Below, piece after piece: positions 47,560 to 58,177 of a stretch of DNA of 58,177 bases (position 1 is the first letter of the stretch; the number at the start of each line of letters is the position of its first letter). Both the position numbers and the translations under genes were made by a program. The stretch is from Girardia tigrina (Eukaryota): NCBI GenBank assembly GCA_001938485.1, contig MQRK01186667.1, positions 3,118-61,294 on the forward strand, written 5' to 3'. The notes below the pieces were generated by a model. That model was not told the DNA's origin, searched no databases, and worked only from the letters and a program-made list of their open reading frames with translations.

Positions 47560-47900
47560 GCCGCGCAAAAACCCGTATAAAAATACCAATGAAGTGGCAA
47601 TCTTTTAGATTATTCTTAAACCTTTTAAAAATATAAAGATCACTAGTAGCTAAATCAGGATTGTATCGCGAATGTTGCAAATGTTTGAAGCCACATTTTT
47701 CCACTGTCGTTTTTGTCAGTGAACCGTGTGATTTTAAGCGTTGTCGAGAAGGGGTCAAAGAGATACACCTTCTAATTAGCGGCATAGTTTTCAAACTTGA
47801 CTGAGTAACCATTAAAATCATTGATAATTCATTTTTATTGTGAATAAAATAAATTTCAATAATTCCAAGACTGTCCTGAAACATTATTAACATTGATTTT
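47560..47900 (-). mobile_element. mariner catalytic-domain fragment
   Basis: Reads CGFKHLQHSRYNPDLATSDLYIFKRFKNNLK (YSPDLAPSD motif). Confidence 0.65.
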
Positions 47901-48130
47901 GATTACTTTTTGATTACAGGTGTTCACTTAGTTCGATTGTGTCTTATATTTACAATCATAGAAAAGTTACTTTACAATATAAAATTGCAAAGTACACTTA
48001 TTATTTGTTGATTTAAAATCTATAGAAATTTTGGTATAGATTGTATTGACAGTAGAAAAAAGTTTTTTAATTTTATAAAAAAATTGATATCAATGATGTA
48101 ATTGTTTTACTAATTTTCATAAGAATGATA

Positions 48131-48879
48131 CAGGGTTTTACCTCTCACTTTGTAATAGAGGAGACGTCATTTCGTAATTGAAGAAACGTCATTTCATAAT
48201 AATATTCATTGACAAAGTGGGTTTTAATGTGATAATGAGGAATAAGATTGGGCGCTCATTGAAAGGAACACCTGCTAGTTATATTGTGCTAGGTATGAGA
48301 TCTAAGAATTTTTCAGTCTGTTGTGCTATGAATAAGCATAGTATTTTAAAATATGTGGTTTAATTTAAGCCCTTTGAAAACAGAAGTTTTGGCATATTTA
48401 TTAGGCAGTTTTTGAAGAAATTTTAGCTCACAAAGCTGTAATAGTAATGGATAACGTATCTTTCCATAAGCATACCAAATCAAAGAAATTTTTAACGATT
48501 CAAGTTTTTCTTCCACCATACTCTCCGTTCTTGAATCATACAGAGAATATTTTTGCAAAGTGGAAATTACTAGTTGCAGAATCTCGTCCTTATAATGAAG
48601 AGCAATTTTTGAATAATATGAGAAATGTTGCTAGCCTAATAAGTGAGGTGAATTGCAATGGTTATTATAACAATATAATGAAATTTTCGCCAAAATTATT
48701 GATGGAAACTAAATAAAAATTTTCTATCAAGTATTGTGACTTTTTCATTTTATGTTGAAATTTTATGCAGTTTATAAATGAATAATTTAACTTTATTTTT
48801 TGTTTTTTTATTACGAAATGACGTTTCCTCAATTACGAAATCACATTTCCTCAGTCACGAAATGAGAGGTTAAACCCTG
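48131..48879 (+). mobile_element. Tc1/IS630-like (DDE) element, internally deleted, about 70-bp TIRs with 21-bp internal repeats
   Basis: TA-CAGGGTTT...AAACCCTG-TA termini, with repeated GAGGAAACGTCATTTCGTAAT units in both ends. Reads IFIDKVGFN, MDNVSFHK and FLPPYSPFLNHTE. Confidence 0.85.
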
Positions 48880-48976
48880 TAAAAGTGGAAATACAAATTT
48901 CAATATTTTTAATAATGTACGATGGTAAGTGAAGTGTACCCGCGTCTCTGAATAATGAAGGAAAGGAGATACGGGT

Positions 48977-49517
48977 TATTAAGAACACTAATATGGCTTT
49001 TCACAAATTTATTTTCATAACAATTTCAATTGTCTTTGGGACAATCCTCAGCAAAGCTATTCTTTGAAAGCTAATTTGACATCTCGTTAAATTGATAATT
49101 TTTTATTAATGTCTTGTTAATAAGCAATTATTCAAACAAATTTTCATTTTAAATAACTTTCAGATTTTATTTTTATAAATTCTACTTTTATAATTTTGTT
49201 AATAATTAATTTAATTTTAAAATAATTTTCTTTAACAAAAAACATATATTTATTGAATTTAAAAATAAGCTAAAAATTATTTACTTAAATAAAATTATTT
49301 AATATTTAAATTTTAAACGATTTAATATTTCTAAAGTTTTTTTAATATATTATGTTGAAATTTAAAATGCAAACTATGCTCAAATAAATATTCATCGCGA
49401 ACATCTAAAATATGAATTTTCAATCTGCCTGGGAGAAGCACATTTCCAAATACTAAACTCAACATACAAAATTCAACATACCAATTTCAATATACCAAAT
49501 TTAAAATATTCCTCACA
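48977..49517 (-). mobile_element. solo LTR (TGTGAGG family), 541 bp
   Basis: Reverse complement runs TGTGAGGAATATTTT...GTTCTTAATA with TSD CGGGT/TGGGT. Confidence 0.85.
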
Positions 49518-49532
49518 TGGGTAATTATATAC

Positions 49533-49701
49533 TTAACCTTTACCGGTGGCATACCACCATAAGCACGGTCTTTATAGAGATGGCCACTACCTCTCTTGAT
49601 TGGAGTTGATTGTGCTCGATGACGCGCTGATTTGACTTGCTGAGTAGCGCTCGTCTTGCGCTAATTCACTGTGTTGTGTGGCTCTATCGATCCACAGCAC
49701 A
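49533..49701 (+). mobile_element. piggyBac-like left end (putative)
   Basis: TTAA followed by CCTTTACCGGTGG, a GC-richer stretch and an imperfect subterminal palindrome at 49670-49701. No partner end or transposase was found. Confidence 0.4.
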
Positions 49702-50344
49702 ATAAAAATCAAAAAGCAAGGAAATTCGAATTTATGTATTTTCTAATTACAAAAAGATGTGCGGTAAAACGAATTGTTTTTTTATCAGCAATTCTAATCA
49801 GTTTTTTTGAGTTGCGTCTTGTGAACTTATTTTTTATAAATATGAGTATTAGATTTTAGTATATAGATACATTTTTAAATATTAATATTTAATTTTTTTG
49901 TCACTACAATAAGAAAACGTTGAGATTTTATAGGATGAAGTTCTTAAAATAGAGAACAATAAATAATTTCTCCAAAAAGCGGACTATTAAGATCATATAA
50001 AAGAAAATAATTTTTTATTACTTACTTATAATGAAAATTATACAATATTAGAATCATGAAATTGAGCAGAAAATGGAATTTGGAGGTTTAAAAAAATTTT
50101 AAAATTCATATATTTTCATATATTATGAAAATGGAAGTAAAGAAGAAAAATCAGTTTTCCAAATTTCAAAAATGATTGTTATAAATATTTCAGAATAAAA
50201 ACAATATTCCTTTCAACTAAACGATTTTTATCTAAAGAAAATTTCTAACAGATATTTTATGCAAAATAATATTTATGAGAAAATGATTGTATTGACTGAT
50301 TAGATCGTTAAAAATTTTTAATTAAACATATTAAATATATTCTC

Positions 50345-50500
50345 TCGATATTTCCCATTCATTCTAATGACAAGAATGTCAAGAAAAGAAAGTTTGTTAT
50401 TTACTTACGATTCTGTAGTATATTTTATATAAGGATGTAGACCATTCTAGAATGTTAAGAATGGTTCAATAATGGATACGTTTCACAAAACAAAAAAGAT
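50345..50500 (-). mobile_element. Penelope-like RT fragment
   Basis: Reads IIEPFLTF*NGLHPYIKYTTES*VNNKLSFLDILVIRMNGKY, homologous to 14460-14590. Confidence 0.75.
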
Positions 50501-51292
50501 GATTTTATCCTCAAGAGACTTCATAAAAATATAAAAAATATTTTTAATTTTTTCATACTTAATATCCAATAAATTTTTAAAAGATTTAATAAAATCTCCC
50601 ATTAATTAATATTTTATTCTTATACATAACATTATAATTGCTGATGTTGAAAAATAAATAACGAAATTCATTTCAAAAATATAAAATTAGCGTTCACAAG
50701 TCCCAATAATATGTATTTAATTTCAAAAATAAAGTATACAAAATAAATAGAAATAGAAAATGAAAAACAAATGTAAATAATGTCACTTATTTTAGACAGA
50801 ATTTTTCAATTCTTTGAACAGAAAGTTGTGTTCGAAACTGATTCTTTTGCTTTAATCCCCAAATGTAAAGCTAAGTTTTTTTTATAATCTTCATTGCATT
50901 TTGACAAAACAGAAATCTGACAGTGATTTGTTCTGGGCTTGAAACAGGAAAATCATTAAATTTTGCCAGAAGGAATTTATTTTAATCCCGCCTCTATCTA
51001 CAATGGTCATAAGGATTTCTTTGTTGATCAACATTAAACAGCAGTATTATTAACCGAATATATTTTACCAAGGTATAAGTATATATTCTTTATATAAAAA
51101 GTTTATTTATAAAAATGATCATATACAATGAATATAATGATGACTGTTCGGAATTAATATTCGAATCAGTATAATATTTATATTATCATTATTTATATTT
51201 TTTCATCTACATTCAAGAAAAATTCAAATCGACTTTATAATATTTGAATGACAATTTATGATAATTTCATTGCTAATTTAATTGCCTTTGCA

Positions 51293-51333
<41 letters not shown>

Positions 51334-51569
51334 TGTAAGGTAGAGTATGTATGCTGGAAATAAAATATAATTAATTGAAAAATTTGTTTAAACACAAAAA
51401 TTATGTGTAGGCTAAATGTTGTTACACTGCTGAACTAATAACTTATAATTATAAATGATAATCCATTATTGGCACCACCAAATCCACCATATTTGTTTAG
51501 CCGAATGATTTAAATTAAATCATTAAAAATATTTAACTAACCTTTTCTTTTATATTTTTTTTGTAAAAA

Positions 51570-53731
51570 GTTTTATGTAGTCAAAGAACTCAACCCAGAA
51601 ATGATAACAGGAGTTGACTTTTTGGACAAATTTGGAATAAAACTAGAGAAAGAAACTATAGATTCAGGTGATATATGGATGATTAGAAATAGTCCAACAG
51701 ATGATGACAGACTAAAGAGAATTAATGAAATATTTAACACCAAAGTCTAAAACCAACTAATGGGACTATTAACAGAATATAAATCAATATTCATGGCTGA
51801 CAAGTTGGATGTTGGGAAAACTTCCTTAACGAAACACAAAATAGAAACTCGAGGAGAACCAGTCTTAGTGAAGCTTTATCGACTACCACAACATTTTGAA
51901 GAGAAACTAGATAATGTCATTAGAAATTTTAAAGAAAACGGTATAATTGAAAAGTGTAATTCTCCATGGAACTTCCCTCTGGTGTGTGTATGGAAAAAAG
52001 AAAAAGAAGACATCCGAGTATGTGTCGATTTTCGACAGTTAAATAAAATTATGGTAAGACCAGCATTTCCCATGCCAAATGTGGATGACATGCTAAACCC
52101 GTTGAATAGAGCAAAATATTTTAGTACAATCGATCTGGGAAATGCATATTATCAGGTTGAATTAGAAGAAGAATCAATGATTAAAACTGCGTTTTCAACA
52201 AAGAATGGTCAATATTGTTTTAAAAGAATGCCTTTTGGAATTGCAGCGGATCCAGCTACCTTTCAAGAATTAATGGTGAAAGTTCTACGAGATTTGAATT
52301 GGAAAGAAGCAGTCGTATATTTGGATGATATTTTGATTTTTGCAAAATTTTTCCCAGGCCGGTGCTATCACAGAAGAACATCTTCAAAGAATACATAACG
52401 TTTTTAGAAAATTAAAGAATCCGGCTTGAGAATAAATACAGAGAAATGTCAATTCCTAGTAGAAAAAACTAAATTTTTAGGATATAAAGAAAGAAGGTAT
52501 TGAGACAGATAAAACAAAGATTGATGCAATTAGAAAATTTCAAAACCCATCATGTATCAAACATTTAAGAAGCTTTTTGGGTTTGACAAATTACTACAGG
52601 AAATTCATAAAGGATTACGCCAGTTATGCAAAGGTTTTAGAAGGCTTTTGTGGTAAGAGCAAGGATAAAAAACTGATTTGGACTGAAGAATGTGATGAAG
52701 CTTTCCAAAAATTAAAAGAAAGAATGATAAAGACACCAATTTTGGTATACCCTGATTTTTCAAAAGACTTTTTACTCGATACAGATGCAAGTTTTGATAC
52801 TATCACAGAAAGACATATGTGGAAGAGAAAGAGTAATTGCATATAGTTCCCATAAAATGAATAAACATGAACTGAGTTATTGCATTACAAGGAAAGAACT
52901 ACTTGCAATTTATTATTTCACTCAACATTTTAAACATTTTTTGTATGGGAAAAAATTTTTGTTACGAACGGATCATAATGAAGATATCAGAAAAGGGAAA
53001 ACAAGGAAATGGACACTAAAAATGACATCGTAGCAACTCAGGACAATAAATACGGGATCCCAATAGAAAAACGAACAGATTTTGTTGAATAGATGCACAA
53101 GCTGTTATGCCATGCTGGTAGTAAAATAGTCTATAACTATCTTTGAGAAGATTTCGACATGGAAAATATGAGGAATTTCATTAAAGAAATAGTCCAAAGT
53201 TGTTTAAATTGTCAAAAAAGAAAGACATTAACTACGAAAACAAAAGAAAAACATATAAAATTGTCGGCAGATGAACCATTCCAGAAAAAATACATGGACT
53301 TCTGTGGACCATTCAAAAGAAACAAAAACGGATATCAATACGTACTGCCGATTGTAGACCAATTCAGTAGATATATTAGCCTGAATGCAGTTCGTAGAGT
53401 GATATTGGACAGATGGATATGGAAATTTGGACCTCCAAAAGAAATCCATGTTGATAGAGGAAAAACATTTGAATCGGCTTTGTTCAAAGATACAGTTAAA
53501 AGGTTCAAAGTCGAGATAATCTATTCAAGTCCATATCATCATAATACAAATGGGATAGTGGAAAGACAATTTCGAACAATCAGAGATGCTATAAATATTA
53601 GAATGAAGGATGCAAACCGCAGAGATTGGACAGAACTTTTGTCGGAAATAGAATTTCTGTTGAATAGTACAGTTCAAGCTACAGATTTCAGAGTTCAGAG
53701 CAACAGATTTTCATTTATTGAAAATAATTAG
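51570..53731 (+). mobile_element. Ty3/gypsy pol (protease tail, RT, RNaseH, integrase), degenerate
   Basis: Reads ITGVDFLDKFG, RVCVDFRQLN, KTAF, MPFG, YLDD, LDTDAS, RKELLAI, RTDH, H..LCHAG...C..C, DFCGP, VDRGKTFES and HHNTNGIVERQF, with frameshifts and stops. Confidence 0.93.
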
Positions 53732-54590
53732 TTTGAACTCAGAAAAATGTTGATCAAGAGAGATGTCAAATAGTGAATGTGCTTGTGGTATTAATAAATG
53801 TTGTAAATCTCATATTGATGTTGTTAATAATATCTTTGTATTAGAATATGGTAGTCAAAAAGAAAAAAAGATTAATAACTTTAAAATTTTAGAAATCAGT
53901 TTTTAAACAGTTACCTATAGCAATACGTTTATGTTTAGTTGTACTAAATAAAACTGTTTTTAATTTTCTTTAAATTCGAACTATAACAGATAGCTATATA
54001 AATAATGATTCATTTAGAACGATTTTATTTAAATTATATACTCTTATTTTTGGAACAACATTGACTATTTTTGACGGTCCTTGATAGTGCGTATAAGCGA
54101 AGATTTTATATATTTTGGGTAAAAAACCAATATGAACGGAAACCTAAGCATGAATACAATTTACTGAAAAAAAGATACTGAAATATTGTGTACCTCATAA
54201 AATACTTAGACTTGAGAAAACGTTTTAATCAAAAATTATTTAGGTTCTACTGAAATGTAATAAGATTTAGGTATAGAGTTAGCATAAAGTAACAATTTCA
54301 AAATGTTATTGGTTAATTAATTGTAACGAAAAATGTTTGCATTAATTTGAATTTAAATTTATGTACAATTTATCACTTGAGAACTGAATATTACCTGTTC
54401 AGCTTTATTATAAAAATTAAAGTGCCATCGCTGCTTTGTGACAGTTTATTGATAGGCTTATCGGAAAAGGTTTTGACTTTTCATGGCCTACCAGAAGTCC
54501 AGACCTATATTCATAAAAAGAGAATTGAGCAAGCATTTTATTAAATCCAAAAGATATGCTCCACACTGTTGCGTATGACGTTATTTAACT

Positions 54591-54825
54591 TCTACATTTG
54601 TATATAGATGAAGACAATAGAAATTTGTTTACCCATTTGACTTCATAAATTCCTATTTTTACCATTTTTTTCTTAGCTTGGTTTCTTGTCTGTCTGTCTG
54701 GAACAAATCTTGCGATTGATTTTTTTGACCACTTTCAGTCATCCAATTGAGCTGAATTTTTTTATACAGGCTTGCTTCCGATGACAATACAATATTTTAA
54801 AACATTTACTTTACGGATGTACGGA
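54591..54825 (+). mobile_element. Helitron-like non-autonomous 5' region
   Basis: TC start, (GTCT)n microsatellite, AGCTGAA.TTT and CCGA.GACAAT motifs shared in order with 56290-56400. Confidence 0.45.
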
Positions 54826-55029
54826 AAAAATTAATAAATTGAACAAATATAGTGAAAATCAAGTGATAATTAAGTGTAGAAATATTAAAATTAGGTTTAA
54901 AAATTATTTTGAAATAAAACTTGCTTTTATTAAAATAAAACTTTGTTATTTTGGTTTTATTATCATTTATGTTATTCGAAATCAATTGAAAGATTTGAAT
55001 TCCTAAATGATAACTAAAAATAGTTAAAT

Positions 55030-55390
55030 AATATTATTAATAAAAAAATTTTTTTATAAAATCAACCACGTTTTTCAAGCATTGCCAATGAACTAAAAAG
55101 AGGAAAATAATTTTTTTTCTAGACATGTGCGAAATTTTATACCTAACCAAAAACGTGGGACATAGAAATGATCGATTGTTACTAAAAAGCAGTAAAGAGG
55201 AAATAGCAGTNNNNNNNNNNNNNNNNNNNNNNNNNNNNNNNNNNNNNNNNNNNNNNNNNNGCCCCACGTTTTTGGTTAGGTATAAAATTTCTCACATGTC
55301 TAGAAAAAAAATTATTTTCCTCTTTTTAGTGCATTGGTAATGCTTGAAAAACGTGGTTGTTTTTATAAAAAATTTTTTAATAATAATATT
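55030..55390. repeat. about 130-bp inverted repeat (MITE/foldback-like) around an assembly gap
   Basis: 55030-55160 is the reverse complement of 55261-55390 with a few mismatches. Confidence 0.75.
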
Positions 55391-56209
55391 TTAATATCAC
55401 ATTATTATTTATTCGTAATTGCTATAACTTGAGTTTTTGTTATTTCATGCTGCGTTGAAATTGTTATGTTACTTTATGCTAATCTTGTACAATATTTAAG
55501 CTCATATTACAACATTGAAGATGAATGTAAATAATAATTCGATTTGTATAACCTATTTTTAAAAGAAATATAATTCTTAGTGATTGTAATATGTAACAAA
55601 AGAGTCAATACTATATTATATTAAAATCAATAGCTTTTAAATTAGATAGTATAATAGAAATAATATAAAGTTAAAATATATTAAAGTAAAATATGAGGCA
55701 ACAAATATTCACTAACATGCTATAATTGACGCTTAAAACTGATTGAAAAAGTGGGCATAGTTGTGAACTTTATTGGAAGTGATTGACTATGCCGAGAAGA
55801 ACAGAAATATGTTTTAAAAAATTCTTTAGAATTCTTTTTATTAATCTTATTATTTTATTTACTATTTCATTAAGATTTTAGTAATAAAAAATTACGCTGG
55901 CACTATTCTCTTAATTTGATGTAGCTACAAAGTCATTTTAATAGTTTTAAACAATGTTCTCCAACCTAGTTTTTAACAATCAAATTGGTATAAGAGTTCG
56001 TAGGGATTTTCGAGAAAGAATATGGTGATGGAGGATGCAGTTTCTAGCGGCTTTTTCAGAAACGAGTCTCAACTTAAACCTACTTTCTTTTAGCGTTTTC
56101 GAAAAGATAAATCATGATTCATCTCCAATAGCTAAATTATTCTAGAGCAGAGTAATCTCGTGTTACTTGTTGAGAAAATAAAAGAAAGATCAAGATTAAG
56201 AAGTAAAGT

Positions 56210-56749
56210 ACTAATATATTAATACTAAGAAGAAGAGAGAATTTTAAAATGATTTCCTATACATATTTTACTACGTTTTAATTAACTTCACTTGTTGTCG
56301 ATCTGTCGGTCTGTCCGGGAAAAATCTTTCAACTCAAAGCTGAAATTTTCAGAGTAAATCAAAACCCGAAGACAATGCATGAAAAAAAATTTTTTCAAGT
56401 TGATCTGACATGTCTAAGTTGTCATTTTTGCAAAAAACCACTTACGATAATCTACAAATTTATACACTGTATTAAATAGAAATCTTTTCGTTTATTTTCA
56501 TGAATGAAATTAAAACTCTATCAAATTTCCAAATAATTTTATTTTGGACATTGAAATTTTTTCAAAATTTTTTTTTCAATTAATTTTTTCGTACATTTTA
56601 TACAAACATATATATATATATATATGGCCATAATCAATGGTTTTACATTTCAGATATTATAAAACACATAAAAAAATATAAATATATATATATATATATN
56701 NNNNNNNNNNNNNNNNNNNNNNNNNNNNNNNNNNNNNNNNNNNNNNNNN

Positions 56750-56796
<47 letters not shown>

Positions 56797-57133
56797 CATT
56801 CGGATCGATTTTGGCAGAGATTGTATACATCGCATTGATCCACGAACTGTTGAGTTTCCGGTACTGCAACGTTATGGCGATATACAACGAAGAATGTTGC
56901 CACTTATTCCGTGCTACGCTTGCACTACTCACAAAATGCAAGGATGTACTGTAGACCATGCTGTTGTCTATCTTGGCTCTAAATTCTTCGTGAAAGGACA
57001 GGCATATGTTGCACTCAGTAGAGTTCGCTCACTAGAAGGATTACGGATTCAGGAATTGCAATGTTCAAAGCTTTCTGGAAAAACTCCTAGTAACGAAGAG
57101 GCCATGGTAGAAATGCAACGAATGCGTCAATAA
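56210..57133 (+). mobile_element. Helitron/Helentron remnant with PIF1-like helicase C-terminus (56795-57133)
   Basis: Reads [48 protein letters not shown] (PIF1 motifs V/VI). The upstream GTCT-type region is shared with 54591-54825. Confidence 0.75.
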
Positions 57134-57433
57134 CAACAGCTACATTATTAACCTTTTTGACTTAATTTAATTTTTGTTTTTCTTTATAAGTGTCTAAGCG
57201 TTACTCGGAACTGTCCCTTGTCTTTGTTTGAGTTTTATATTTGTTTAAGTGTTTGTGTGTGTTGTCCATGACTATGGGTCTATAATGAGTAAGATGCGTC
57301 ATATATGTAGTTTACACTACAATCAGCCTATCATACTCAAAATACGTTGTCTCACCTCCATGTGGTTAGGCCTAGAATTCTAAATACTTGTATTTTAGTA
57401 AACAAGTAGACAACGTTCAAATGTTAATAATAT

Positions 57434-57990
57434 TGTGAGGAATATTTGGTATATGGATGTTTTTGTGTAGTTTTTGTATGTTTAAATGTTGTATGTTGAT
57501 TTGGGATTGTGCCTCGCCTAACCAGATGGATTGTCAATATTTAATTTTTATAGTCTGAAACTAATTTATTTAAAATTAGATTTAATATTCAAATTTTTAG
57601 TTTTTATTATTGTACTTTTTAAATAATTTTAAAGATTTTATTTTTGTAAATTTTTATATAATTGAAATCAAATTAATGTTTAAAAATAACTATAAAAATA
57701 TTTTATTTCAGCCAATAAAATTTAAAGTAAATATTTTTAAATAAAATATTTTTCTCAAGTTAGTTCAGATTATAATGAGAGATANNNNNNNNNNNNNNNN
57801 NNNNNNNNNNNNNNNNNNNNNNNNNNNNNNNNNNNNNNNNNNNNNNNNNNNNNNNNNNNNNNNNNNNNNNNNNNNNNNNNNAAAAATTGATTGATGGAAT
57901 CTAGTGAAAGCCTTACTGTTGATCATCATAAAGATGATAAAAATTGTGAATATAATAAATGTTCTGACAAATGTGTGAGTTCTCTTAACA
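57434..57990 (+). mobile_element. 5' LTR of a TGTGAGG-family gypsy element
   Basis: Runs TGTGAGGAATATTT...GTGAGTTCTCTTAACA and is followed immediately by PBS TGGCGACT (tRNA-Arg-like 3' end). Confidence 0.88.
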
Positions 57991-58177
57991 TGGCGACTTC
58001 CCACCACGTGACTCCGAACATCAAAGGTCCAAAAACATTCGATGGATCCGAGCACAATTTAGAAGAATTCCTGATAAGTTTTAACAGGTATTCAAAGATT
58101 ATGGGATTATCAGAGGAGAGAAAAATCCTACTGGTAACACCCTACCTGAATCCAGATGCGATTCTGAGATACGAGAA
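57990..58177 (+). CDS. Ty3/gypsy Gag N-terminus (runs off window)
   Basis: Open frame MATSHHVTPNIKGPKTFDGSEHNLEEFLISFNRYSKIMGLSEERKILLVTPYLNPDAILRYE, a typical P..F.G....EF...F..Y......L...A gag start. Confidence 0.8.
   Translation, partial: MATSHHVTPNIKGPKTFDGSEHNLEEFLISFNRYSKIMGLSEERKILLVTPYLNPDAILRYE

Noticed and set aside
1-58177. tRNA, rRNA, snRNA or spliced-leader RNA genes
   Set aside because: No cloverleaf, A/B boxes or recognisable conserved RNA sequence was seen by eye. A tRNAscan-SE/Infernal run would be needed to exclude them.

Overview
Very AT-rich eukaryotic (animal-like; flatworm/cnidarian-type composition, not provable from sequence) draft-assembly DNA with N-gaps. It is mostly a graveyard of transposable elements: about 10 mariner copies or fragments, Tc1/IS630-like, MULE, Transib, Helitron/PIF1, a piggyBac-like end, Penelope, RTE and several Ty3/gypsy pieces. 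A family of TGTGAGG...AACA LTRs is present as at least six solo LTRs with matching 5-bp target-site duplications. Only one host coding region looks intact: the main exon (TM2-TM7) of a rhodopsin-class peptide GPCR on the minus strand. Several decayed host-gene fragments are recognisable (SBDS, eEF2, MIOS-like, SCaMC EF-hand). The most unusual signals are (i) a helically phased array of about 15 RFX X-box-like palindromes with CCAAT boxes at 33.3-33.7 kb, ending in a Helitron-like hairpin+CTAG, and (ii) two gypsy elements whose gag ATG is formed exactly by the LTR terminal A plus the TG of the tRNA primer-binding site. All protein-family calls come from motif recognition by eye; no database search was run.
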